Part shown: positions 8,110 to 17,047 of the stretch, piece by piece
Position numbering within the stretch: position 1 is the first letter of the stretch
How the letters are laid out: every line of letters begins with the position of its first letter
Assembly: GCA_046758525.1 (NCBI GenBank)
Contig: JBHIAL010000001.1
Span: 667 to 64,666, forward strand
DNA: 64,000 bases
Source: a bacterium
Lineage (GTDB): Bacteria > Aerophobota > Aerophobia > Aerophobales > AE-B3A
Direction: 5' to 3'
Translations under genes and position numbers: made by a program
Notes under the pieces: model-generated
What the model saw: the letters and a program-made list of their open reading frames with translations, nothing else
The model's database searches: none
Told to the model about the DNA's origin: nothing

Positions 8110-8301
8110 ATGAAATGTCCTGAGTGTGAGCATGTTAAAACTTGTATTGTAAAGGAATATTTATCTCCTTTAGGCGTTGTGGTTTTTAGGATTCGTGAAT
8201 GTCAAAAATGCAAAACAAAATTTGAGACTACCGAGACAGTAGCATTTTATAATGAACGCAATAAAGGGTTTAAAGGGGTACAAATGCGTTTGCTTTATTA
8301 A
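8110..8301 (+). CDS. zinc-finger small protein
   Basis: CPECEH...CQKCK. Confidence 0.35.
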   Translation: MKCPECEHVKTCIVKEYLSPLGVVVFRIRECQKCKTKFETTETVAFYNERNKGFKGVQMRLLY

Positions 8302-8315
8302 TGGCAGGAAATTAA

Positions 8316-8672
8316 ATGGACAACAACAAGATTAAAGTCAAACTGGAACAGATTAAAAACATCGATAAGGATGGAAAGAGCATTAAAGATAAAGAAGGCA
8401 ATTTGATTTACATCAGGCACGATGCGATTGCCCTATCGCAACTGATAAATGCCGTTGACAGCAAGGTAGTCGCTACTGGCGAATATCCTGCATGGATAGC
8501 GCTTGATGATAAAAGTAGAGAGGCGTTAAAGCAAGATAGGGATGAAATTGAATTGACAGTTGACGAGGCATCCTTTTTGAAGAAACTATTTAGTAATCCC
8601 CAAAATGATAGAGTTACTTTGGGGGTATTCCATGTTAGAACGATTAACGGAATTTTGGAGCAACTAAAATAA
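8316..8672 (+). CDS. hypothetical protein
   Basis: 118 aa. Confidence 0.35.
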   Translation: MDNNKIKVKLEQIKNIDKDGKSIKDKEGNLIYIRHDAIALSQLINAVDSKVVATGEYPAWIALDDKSREALKQDRDEIELTVDEASFLKKLFSNPQNDRVTLGVFHVRTINGILEQLK

Positions 8673-9529
8673 TGCCTTATACATTACTCTTGGCGGTTGG
8701 TTTTGGTTCAACAAAAACAGGGCTTGCTACTGTTGGCTATCAGTTGAAGAACGCTGATGCTACTAATAACGGTACAAGAATTACGGCTGGTATAGTGGAA
8801 GTTGGCAATGGCTACTATCAAGCGTCTGTGTCAATCCCTGATACGCATAGCGGTGGCATTCTCTGGGATACTGGAGAGGCAACGCCAAAGTACGTTTATC
8901 AGGACATTAATCCTGGGGTGGACGAATACACTGATGCAAAGATTTCATCAAGGGCGGTAGGTATGGGAACAGGCGTAAATACCGTTACGATAACCTTAAC
9001 AGAGACAGGCGGGACGCCTGTGATACCAGGTGCAACTGTGTCAGTGAAGAATCAGGCTAATGATACTCTACTTGCAACAGGAACAACAGATGCGAACGGG
9101 CAGGTAGTGTTCATGCTTGATAATGGCACATATTCTGTTGACAAGCAGAAGCTTGGCAGTTACAGCTTCACGAATCCTGAAACCCTTGTTGTTAGTGGCA
9201 ACACCAATCAAAGCTACATCGGCACGCCAATAAGCGTGAGCGCACCTGCACAGCCGAACACGTGCAGAATGTTCATCTGGGCAAGGAATCTTGACGGGAC
9301 ACTTATGACAACGCTCACTGGCAATGTTACAATCATCAAATTGCCCTATACCACGTCAGGCGCTGCTTACCAGAAAGATGACACTATATTTATATTACAT
9401 GCAGATGGTTATTTTTATGTGGACGTAGTTTATGGAGCAACCATTAGTATTTATATACCAGTTCTTGGGGTTGATACCACTCTTGTAGTTCCGTCTCAAA
9501 CTACATACGACCTTGATACCTTAATTTAA
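8672..9529 (+). CDS. structural protein with carboxypeptidase-regulatory-like or Ig-like beta-sandwich domain
   Basis: TVTITLTETGGTPVIPGATVSVKNQANDTLLATGTTDANGQVVFMLDNGTYSV is a typical CarboxypepD_reg-like segment. Confidence 0.4.
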   Translation: MPYTLLLAVGFGSTKTGLATVGYQLKNADATNNGTRITAGIVEVGNGYYQASVSIPDTHSGGILWDTGEATPKYVYQDINPGVDEYTDAKISSRAVGMGTGVNTVTITLTETGGTPVIPGATVSVKNQANDTLLATGTTDANGQVVFMLDNGTYSVDKQKLGSYSFTNPETLVVSGNTNQSYIGTPISVSAPAQPNTCRMFIWARNLDGTLMTTLTGNVTIIKLPYTTSGAAYQKDDTIFILHADGYFYVDVVYGATISIYIPVLGVDTTLVVPSQTTYDLDTLI

Positions 9530-9645
9530 GATAATAGAGGTGATGAATACTATTGCAAAATCATATCTTATATCTGAAAAAGAGAATTCTATCTGTACCA
9601 AGATAAAAAACTACCAAGAATTATTGTTTTAGCATAGGAGCGAAT

Positions 9646-10365
9646 TTGTTGTCTAACAGTATAGTTGATGCTAAAACCATTTCAATTATCCTTCCCACCC
9701 GTAAGCGGGTTAGGAATTTAACACGCCTGATAGATTCTATCATTCAAACAAGTAAATATCCTTCTAACATAGAGATTTGTATCCGTGTTGACCATGACGA
9801 TATGGAATCTGCCTTGGCATTAATTCCTTATTCTGACAAAATAACTATAAAAGTTTGTATTGGCTCCAGGGAAAAATGTTATGGCCATTACTGGAATGAC
9901 GCATGGAGATTAGCCACGGGGGATGTCTTACAAATGAGCGGTGATGATTTTATATACAGAACCAAGGATTGGGATGTTGAGATTCTCAAAGAAATAAATA
10001 AGTTCAATGATAAGATGGTTTTTGTCTATGGTAATGATGGATTTCAGCACGGTAATCTGGGAACTCATTTTTTTATCCATCGTAGATGGGCAGATGCGTT
10101 GGGGGAGTTTGTGCAGATGCACACTAACGTATTTTACCACGACACATGGGCGGATGTTTTGGCAACAAGAATAAATAGAAGAATGTACAGAGATGACCTT
10201 TTCTTTGAGCATGTCCATTGGGTAACTGGTAAAACAGGTAAGGATGTAATTTACGAAACCGCTCAAAAGAATGCAGAATCGGACGCCAGAATATGGGAAG
10301 CAAATTGGCAAGGCCCAGCCATGCAGAGTGATGTCGCCAAATTAAAAAGATTACTGAATGAATAA
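9646..10365 (+). CDS. glycosyltransferase family 2-like
   Basis: TTG start with SD AGGAG. N-terminal ISIILPTRKR resembles the GT2 opening strand. Acidic motifs DHDD and GDD follow. Confidence 0.5.
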   Translation: MLSNSIVDAKTISIILPTRKRVRNLTRLIDSIIQTSKYPSNIEICIRVDHDDMESALALIPYSDKITIKVCIGSREKCYGHYWNDAWRLATGDVLQMSGDDFIYRTKDWDVEILKEINKFNDKMVFVYGNDGFQHGNLGTHFFIHRRWADALGEFVQMHTNVFYHDTWADVLATRINRRMYRDDLFFEHVHWVTGKTGKDVIYETAQKNAESDARIWEANWQGPAMQSDVAKLKRLLNE

Positions 10366-10930
10366 TGTTTTGTCATTATTAATATGTTCCTTAACCAAAA
10401 GGGAATCATCCCTCAGAGAACTTTTATCCTGTTTATCTCCCCAATTGGTAGAGGGAGTGCAGATTCTGGTTAATTCGGATAATGGGAGGAAAGCTGTAGG
10501 GCAAAAAAGGAACGAACTATTAAGAGGCGCAACAGGGAAATATGTTACATTCATAGACGATGACGACCTTGTAAGCGATGATTATGTTTTTCTGATTCTG
10601 GATGCAATCAGGAATGATTGTGATGTTGTTGGCATACATCTTCTTATGACAACCAATGGAATCAAGAATAGCGAATGCAGGACATATCATTCACTCAAAT
10701 ATAAATCATGGTGGGATGAGGAAGACCCAGACAGACCAGGAAGGAGGCGGTATTTCAGGAATCCAAATCATCTGAATCCAGTAAAAAGAGACCTTGCCCT
10801 TGCTACACAGTTTATTGAAATAGATTATGGAGAAGACCACGATTATAGCAAAAGGCTTCTGCCTTTATTGAAAACAGAGGTAAATATAAACGAACCAATC
10901 TATTACTATCAGGTTAAGGGCGTGGAGTAA
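10358..10930 (+). CDS. glycosyltransferase family 2-like
   Basis: YVTFIDDDDLVSDDY is a DXD-type motif. There is an 8-nt overlap with the upstream gene. Confidence 0.5.
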   Translation: MNNVLSLLICSLTKRESSLRELLSCLSPQLVEGVQILVNSDNGRKAVGQKRNELLRGATGKYVTFIDDDDLVSDDYVFLILDAIRNDCDVVGIHLLMTTNGIKNSECRTYHSLKYKSWWDEEDPDRPGRRRYFRNPNHLNPVKRDLALATQFIEIDYGEDHDYSKRLLPLLKTEVNINEPIYYYQVKGVE

Positions 10931-10940
10931 AGGAGTATTT

Positions 10941-11630
10941 GTGGAAGTAATGATTAACCAATCGGCAGGGCTTGGTGATATTTTCTTCTGCCAGAAAATT
11001 GCTATGAAACTTATGGAACTTGGTTATGAAGTTTATTGGCCTGTTATTGAAGAATATAGATATATAAGTAATTATATACATAATGGTGTTATATGGAGAA
11101 TGAGCGAAAAAAAACGTAATGAAATTTATAAATTAGACCTTAGCCATTCTACCAATTATTTTAGGTTCAAGCACAATCAACAGCTTAATGATAATATCAT
11201 GCAAGCTAAATACAAGTATGCAAACAGTCAATTCTCATTTGCAATTGGTGGGTGGGAAGATTGGCAGGATTATCTTAAAATAACAAGAAATTCCGAAGAG
11301 GAGAAAGAACTCGAAGATATTATCCTGAACGGCGTCCCCGACAAGTTTGCGCTTGTGTGCAACCATTTTGCAACTAACTATCTCACTCTCAATAAGAGTA
11401 TAGAATCTGACTTACCAACAGTGGAGATTATCAAGATTCCTAATGTGCCTATTTTTAGTTGGTGCGGAATTATTGAGAAGGCCTCCGAAATAAGAATACC
11501 AGATTCAAGTTTTCCATATCTTGTTGAGGTACTGAATACAACAGATAACCTCTATCTTTATAATAGAAACTACGAATCTAATATACGAACCAAGCCTATA
11601 TGGAAGAAGGGATGGACATTCGTGGAATGA
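10941..11630 (+). CDS. hypothetical protein, possible GT-B/GT9-like transferase
   Basis: AGLGDIFF resembles the GLGD signature of heptosyltransferase-like enzymes. The evidence is weak. Confidence 0.3.
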   Translation: MEVMINQSAGLGDIFFCQKIAMKLMELGYEVYWPVIEEYRYISNYIHNGVIWRMSEKKRNEIYKLDLSHSTNYFRFKHNQQLNDNIMQAKYKYANSQFSFAIGGWEDWQDYLKITRNSEEEKELEDIILNGVPDKFALVCNHFATNYLTLNKSIESDLPTVEIIKIPNVPIFSWCGIIEKASEIRIPDSSFPYLVEVLNTTDNLYLYNRNYESNIRTKPIWKKGWTFVE

Positions 11631-12568
11631 CATTTCTTATCACAGGAATATCTGGCTTTGTTGGTCCCTATTTAGCGAGTCATCTATTAGAGAGGGGACA
11701 TATCGTGTATGGGTTGGCTCACACTAAAACAGACAAGTGTGCGAAAGGTGTGAAATATCTACATGGGGATTTACGTAATATAAATGATTTAGTATCTTTA
11801 CAATCATACAATTTTGCTGGTGTTTTTCATCTTGCAGCATTAACTCACCCACCAACATCATTCAAGGAACCCAGATTGTATTTTGAAACAAATGCACTTG
11901 GGACTGTGAATTTATGCGAAGTCCTTGGAGAAAATAGTATAATTATGCAGTGCAGTAGTCCAGAAGTCTATGGGGTGTGCCCACAAAGAGAAATATTTGA
12001 GTCATTCCCAATGAACCCTGTTTCTCCCTATGCTGTTTCAAAGGCAGCATCTGATTTATATATTCTTGAGCGGACAAAAAGTAAAAGATTAAAGGCATTC
12101 ATTACACGGGCTGGGTCGCATACTGGAGCAGGCAGGCCTTCTTGTTATTCTATTTCTTCAGATGCTGCCCAAATAATAAGAATTAAAAGAGGCTTGCAGA
12201 AGCCTGTACTCAGGGTAGGAAATATTAATTCCCAGAGGGCTGTGATGGATGTTCGAGATGTGGTTGCAGCTTATTATAAATTAATGATTAAATATATACT
12301 GGGGGGAATAAGGAATGGAGATATTTTTCATATAAGTGGGCATAATTTACAGACAATAGAGTATTATATTGACCTTATGATGAATTTGGCAAATGTTAAA
12401 GCGGAAAAGGTAGCTGATAAAAATCTCGTGCGAAGGATAGATATTCCTGTACAGATATTAAACAGTGATAAAACTCGCTCTATTATTTCGTGGAAGCCAA
12501 AAATTCCTATTGAGGAAACTCTTGGAGAGCTACTTGATTATTGGGAGAAGATTATAGATGGGAATTAA
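11627..12568 (+). CDS. GDP-mannose 4,6-dehydratase / GDP-4-keto-6-deoxymannose reductase family (Gmd/Rmd-like extended SDR)
   Basis: Rossmann motif TGISGFVG. Catalytic YAVSK (YxxxK). LRVGNINSQRAVMDVRDVV matches the Gmd-family LRxGNLxAxRDWGxAxDYV block. Translationally coupled to the upstream gene by an ATGA overlap. Confidence 0.65.
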   Translation: MTFLITGISGFVGPYLASHLLERGHIVYGLAHTKTDKCAKGVKYLHGDLRNINDLVSLQSYNFAGVFHLAALTHPPTSFKEPRLYFETNALGTVNLCEVLGENSIIMQCSSPEVYGVCPQREIFESFPMNPVSPYAVSKAASDLYILERTKSKRLKAFITRAGSHTGAGRPSCYSISSDAAQIIRIKRGLQKPVLRVGNINSQRAVMDVRDVVAAYYKLMIKYILGGIRNGDIFHISGHNLQTIEYYIDLMMNLANVKAEKVADKNLVRRIDIPVQILNSDKTRSIISWKPKIPIEETLGELLDYWEKIIDGN

Positions 12569-13610
12569 AGATATTGACTCACATAAGCTGAATTACCATC
12601 CTGAAAGAGTAGCCCAATGGAAGAGTACGGGTTTTTGTTATCCCCTTCATATGGAAGTTGGAATAACTAATGAGTGCAATCACAGGTGTAAACAATGCAC
12701 GCTGGATTGGATAAATCATGGGCAGGATTCTCTTGATGCCCAGATTCTTGTTGAGACATTAAAGGAAGCAAGCAGTCTTGGAGTTAAATCTGTTTACTTT
12801 GCGGGGGAGGGTGAGCCAACTCTTCACAGAGCTTTGGGTTTGTTTGCAAGAACAGCGCATGATTTGGGAATAAAAGTGGCGCTTTCAACCAATGGGTCTT
12901 GTTTATCTACCTTAAAGGATACATTACCCTACTTATCGTGGTTAAGGTTTAGTGTTGATGCCGCAACCGCAGAAACATTCTCAAAAATCCATCGAGTAGA
13001 ACTTTCTGAATTTGATAAGGTTATTTCCAATATAAAGCAATGCGTAGATGTGGTTAAAAATGAGGATTATAAAGTACAGATTGGTATTCAGTCCCTCCTA
13101 ATGCCAGAAAATATAAATGAGATTGAGCCACTTGCCAACATTGCCAAGAATATAGGGGCGCATAATTTCCAAGTGAAACCTGCTCATTGCCACCCTAAAA
13201 GCTCTTATCAGATAACACCCCGCCAGCATTTACAAGATGGGATGCAACAAAGGCTTGAGAAGTTAAACAGTAATACTTTTACAACAATAGTAAGGATTAG
13301 AAGCTTGGAAAGGTTAGGTCAACCCAGAACTTATAATGAATGTCATGCGTTTAACTTCTATTGTCTCATTGATGCTTGTGGAAATTTGTCCCCTTGTAAT
13401 GTTTTTTATGGAAAAGATAATTATATATTTGGTAATATTTATAAGGACAGTCTTCAAGAGATTTGGTCAAGCGACAAGAAGAGAATAATAATAAAGCAAA
13501 TAGCTGAGCTTAAACATTCACTGTGTAAAGATTACAGATGCAGACAGGATGTAATGAATAGGTATCTTGAAAGAGTGAAGAATCCAGAGATTAACGATGA
13601 GTTTATTTAG
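12558..13610 (+). CDS. radical SAM enzyme with C-terminal SPASM/twitch-like Cys cluster
   Basis: CNHRCKQC is a Cx3Cx2C motif. GEGEP is a SAM-binding-like motif. The C-terminal CHAFNFYCLIDACGNLSPC supplies auxiliary-cluster cysteines. Confidence 0.7.
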   Translation: MGIKDIDSHKLNYHPERVAQWKSTGFCYPLHMEVGITNECNHRCKQCTLDWINHGQDSLDAQILVETLKEASSLGVKSVYFAGEGEPTLHRALGLFARTAHDLGIKVALSTNGSCLSTLKDTLPYLSWLRFSVDAATAETFSKIHRVELSEFDKVISNIKQCVDVVKNEDYKVQIGIQSLLMPENINEIEPLANIAKNIGAHNFQVKPAHCHPKSSYQITPRQHLQDGMQQRLEKLNSNTFTTIVRIRSLERLGQPRTYNECHAFNFYCLIDACGNLSPCNVFYGKDNYIFGNIYKDSLQEIWSSDKKRIIIKQIAELKHSLCKDYRCRQDVMNRYLERVKNPEINDEFI

Positions 13611-13621
13611 GAGTAGAATGA

Positions 13622-14590
13622 ATGATTAAAAAGACGGTCTTGGTATGTGGAGCGGGGGGTTTTATAGGCAATCATCTTGTAAAGCGCCTGAAAAAAGACG
13701 GTTATTGGGTAAGGGGAGTGGATTTGAAATACCCAGAATATTCAAAAACTGAAGCGGATAATTTTGTTGTTGGTGATTTAACAGATATTACTTTTTGTCG
13801 AGGGATAATGGATAGACAATTTGATGAGGTATATAACCTCGCTGCTGATATGGGGGGAGCTGAGTATGTATTTACAGGCGATAACGATGCTAATATTATG
13901 TCCAATTCAGTAATGATTAATCTAAACATACTGAATACTTGTTATAAGAGAAACATAAAGCGCCTTTTTTATTCCTCTTCAGCGTGCTGCTATGCAGAAC
14001 ACAACCAGTTAGACCCACATAATCCAAAATGTTCTGAAGATTCTGCCTATCCTGCTAATCCTGACTCTGCCTATGGTTGGGAAAAACTGTTTAGTGAGCG
14101 TCTTTATAATGCCCATCATAGAAATTGTGGTATGGAAGTTAGGATTGGTCGCTATCATAATGTGTTTGGTCCCGAATGTACTTGGTTTGGAGGGAAGGAA
14201 AAAGCACCTGCTGCACTATGTAGGAAAGTGGCTGAAGTTGAATCTGGAGGAGGAATAGAGATATTTGGGGATGGGAAACAAACAAGGTCTTTTCTCTACA
14301 TTGATGAGTGCATTGAAGGTACTATCAGGCTTATGAAGTCGGATTATAATGAACCCATTAACATAGGCTCGGATGAAATGATAACAATAGACGAATTAGC
14401 CAAAAAGATAATGACTATTGCCAAGAAGGAATTAAAAATCAGGCATATAGATGGGCCTCAAGGGGTTAGGGGCAGAAACTCAGATAATACACTGATTAAA
14501 AAGGTCTTAGGCTGGGCTCCATCTGCTTCTTTGGATGAGGGGCTTAGAGTAACATATGACTGGATTTCAAAAAGGAGGGATATAACATGA
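13622..14590 (+). CDS. GDP-mannose 3,5-epimerase homologue (GME family)
   Basis: Block-by-block resemblance to plant GDP-mannose 3',5'-epimerase as I recall it, not an alignment I ran: GAGGFIGNHL; NLAADMGG; SSACCYAE; DSAYGWEKL; RIGRYHNVFGP; GGKEKAPAALCRK; GDGKQTRSF.YIDECIEG; NIGSDEMITI; GPQGVRGRNSDNTLIKKVLGWAP; EGLRVTYDWI. Confidence 0.75.
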   Translation: MIKKTVLVCGAGGFIGNHLVKRLKKDGYWVRGVDLKYPEYSKTEADNFVVGDLTDITFCRGIMDRQFDEVYNLAADMGGAEYVFTGDNDANIMSNSVMINLNILNTCYKRNIKRLFYSSSACCYAEHNQLDPHNPKCSEDSAYPANPDSAYGWEKLFSERLYNAHHRNCGMEVRIGRYHNVFGPECTWFGGKEKAPAALCRKVAEVESGGGIEIFGDGKQTRSFLYIDECIEGTIRLMKSDYNEPINIGSDEMITIDELAKKIMTIAKKELKIRHIDGPQGVRGRNSDNTLIKKVLGWAPSASLDEGLRVTYDWISKRRDIT

Positions 14591-16725
14591 CAGTCGAACA
14601 TACTATTATAATACCTCTGACCACTAACCTTTGTAACTTGAGAGAAACCATAAAGAGTGTAAATGAATACTCAGAAGACCACGAGATTCTGGTTATTGTA
14701 GATGATAGACAAAAGGTAGAATCAGAAATTGTAAAAACTATGGCATCTGTAGTTTGCAAAAAATCTACAATTGGGGAGGCTCTTAATGCTTGCATAGATT
14801 CAGCCAATGGAAAATACATTACAATCTTGAAGGATAATGCACTTGTTTCTCCTAATTGGCTAAATAAACTAAAAAGAACCTTTTTGCTCCCATCTTACAG
14901 ACCAGTTACAATAGCTGCGCCAATTCTGAGTCATACAGTATTTAGTGTCCAACAATGTGAATTCAGTCTGACATCTGGTAATTATATAAAAGCCTTGGAA
15001 GAGCGTAAGTTTAATTATGGATACACTCTTGCAAATCTGGTTTCGGATGTGTGTATTATGTTTGAGAGGACAAATGGGGTGCGCTTTAATGGGACGCTAA
15101 ATTCAGGTGAGATATTTGACGTGGTAGTAAGGAACACGCTCTCTGGAAATATATGTGCAATTAATAAGGGCGTTTTCATATTTGATAAGAGTCCAATAAC
15201 AAAACTTGATAATCTATCAAAGAGTATTATTGCTGTAGCCAAGATACATAACAGGTATCTCACAAGACCCCAAACAATACTGGGGGTAATAAGAACCAAA
15301 ATAACAAATGATTTTGACGCTGAAATATTCAAAATGGTATTGGATAAAACTAAGAGTCTTGTTGATAAAATACTTGTTCTCAATGAGGGACAGGAGTATC
15401 CTTTTGACCTGATAGGAGATATAAATAAACTGGATGTGTCTGAATCAATACATAACGAGAAAGCTTCCGAAGCAATAATCGACAGAATTGAAGAACTTAA
15501 TTGCGACTGGATTTTACACCTGAATGAAAAAGAAGTTTTAGAGGAGTCTATTACAAGGAAGGATTTGGACAGACTTATTTATAACCCTAACCCCCTTATT
15601 CATGGATATGTTTTTCAGGATTATCTATTTGAGGGGACGGACAATAACTACACAGCAAGTCAAGATTCCACCAAGACTGTAGTCCCCAATCTATTCAGAT
15701 ATATTCCAAATAGTAAGCATAGAAATTTTGCTATGCTCTTAAAGATGACTGAAGACTCTTTATGTGTATCAAGCATGAGATATAAACAGTATATAGAGCC
15801 AGCTAAAAATAAACCTGTCTTTACAACGAAGATGTGGAATGCAAATAATAGAATTGACATATGTACTATTATGAAAAATGAGGAGGCCAAATTATTCTGG
15901 TACATGCACAGACATTTTGGCTTTGCCAACAATGTTATACTTATTGACACAGGTTCTACGGACAGCTCCATAGAGTTGGCGAGATTGTTAGGAGCTATTG
16001 TTTATGAAGAAAGGGACGGCTCTAAAGATTTTGCACGAGCAAGGAATACCTATCTCAATAAATCATCTTCAGAATGGATTTTTCATGTTGATTTGGATGA
16101 ATATTGCAGTGATTTGACAGGCATAAGGAAATTGACTGAAGGTACTTGTGATAACTGGTTATTCAAGATTCAAAACAGGCGGAAGGATGGCTCCACTCCT
16201 ACAAGCGAAACCATCAGGCTGTTTCGTAATAAAGAAGGATTATCTTATAAGGGTATAATACATGAAATACTTGATACGCCGAAACCCCCTGCATATTCGC
16301 CCATAATTCTAATCAATGAAGGATTCTTGGAAGATGATGATGTCGTTGCAAGGAAGGTAAAAATGTATCTGGATATGTGCATGATGAGAATCAAACAAGA
16401 CCCAGAGGATGTTCAGGCATTATACTCAGTTGGGATTCATTTGGCAGATGATAATAGATATGAGCTTGCAATAGCAATGCTCAACAAGGCGGTAAGATTG
16501 ATGAGTGAATGGCACTTGCCAAAGAAGGAACTGGCAGTTACATATCTGCATTTTGGTAAACAATTATATAAAGAGCTTGTTGATATGTTGCCTGCCCACC
16601 ATCCTGACAGACTGGAATATGTAAAAGTATTTGAGTTTCTAAACAACGCATTCAAACCAAGAATAATAGATGTTGTCAGTATTACAAAAGATATATCTGA
16701 CGAGGATATAATGAAGATTTTATAA
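14587..16725 (+). CDS. multidomain glycosyltransferase: N-terminal GT-like domain, central GT2 domain, C-terminal TPR-like repeats
   Basis: 712 aa. ICTIMKNEE...LIDTGSTD...DLDEY is a GT2 signature. The C-terminus is helical and repeat-like (ALYSVGIHLADDNRYELAIAMLNKAV). ATGA overlap with the epimerase gene. Confidence 0.55.
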   Translation: MTVEHTIIIPLTTNLCNLRETIKSVNEYSEDHEILVIVDDRQKVESEIVKTMASVVCKKSTIGEALNACIDSANGKYITILKDNALVSPNWLNKLKRTFLLPSYRPVTIAAPILSHTVFSVQQCEFSLTSGNYIKALEERKFNYGYTLANLVSDVCIMFERTNGVRFNGTLNSGEIFDVVVRNTLSGNICAINKGVFIFDKSPITKLDNLSKSIIAVAKIHNRYLTRPQTILGVIRTKITNDFDAEIFKMVLDKTKSLVDKILVLNEGQEYPFDLIGDINKLDVSESIHNEKASEAIIDRIEELNCDWILHLNEKEVLEESITRKDLDRLIYNPNPLIHGYVFQDYLFEGTDNNYTASQDSTKTVVPNLFRYIPNSKHRNFAMLLKMTEDSLCVSSMRYKQYIEPAKNKPVFTTKMWNANNRIDICTIMKNEEAKLFWYMHRHFGFANNVILIDTGSTDSSIELARLLGAIVYEERDGSKDFARARNTYLNKSSSEWIFHVDLDEYCSDLTGIRKLTEGTCDNWLFKIQNRRKDGSTPTSETIRLFRNKEGLSYKGIIHEILDTPKPPAYSPIILINEGFLEDDDVVARKVKMYLDMCMMRIKQDPEDVQALYSVGIHLADDNRYELAIAMLNKAVRLMSEWHLPKKELAVTYLHFGKQLYKELVDMLPAHHPDRLEYVKVFEFLNNAFKPRIIDVVSITKDISDEDIMKIL

Positions 16726-17003
16726 ACAATCGGAGAAATTGCTTGACATTTTAATTATTTGTGTTTTTATTATGTGTAAGTGAGTATGCTAACGCAGTTT
16801 ACAATTGAAAAGATTAAAAGGGTTGTACAAGAGGAGGAGTCAAGAATCACTAACAACGATTTCTGTGGTTCTATAAGTATTAAACTGAATTTTCTTCATG
16901 GTTTGGTAAGGACGGTCGAAACATCCATAAACCAACATGAGCAACTCAAGAACTAAAATTTAAAATATATTAAAAATCTCATTAGCTTTACCAAAGCCTG
17001 AGA

Positions 17004-17046
17004 TGGGTAATTAATCTACCTGTCTTGGGCTTTTTTATTGGAATAA
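17004..17046 (+). terminator. possible rho-independent terminator (G·U-containing stem plus T tract)
   Basis: AGCCUGAGAUGGG pairs with CCUGUCUUGGGCU as RNA in a 13-bp stem with 4 wobble pairs, followed by UUUUUAUU. This is weak and lies immediately before the portal ATG. Confidence 0.25.
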
Positions 17047-17047
17047 A

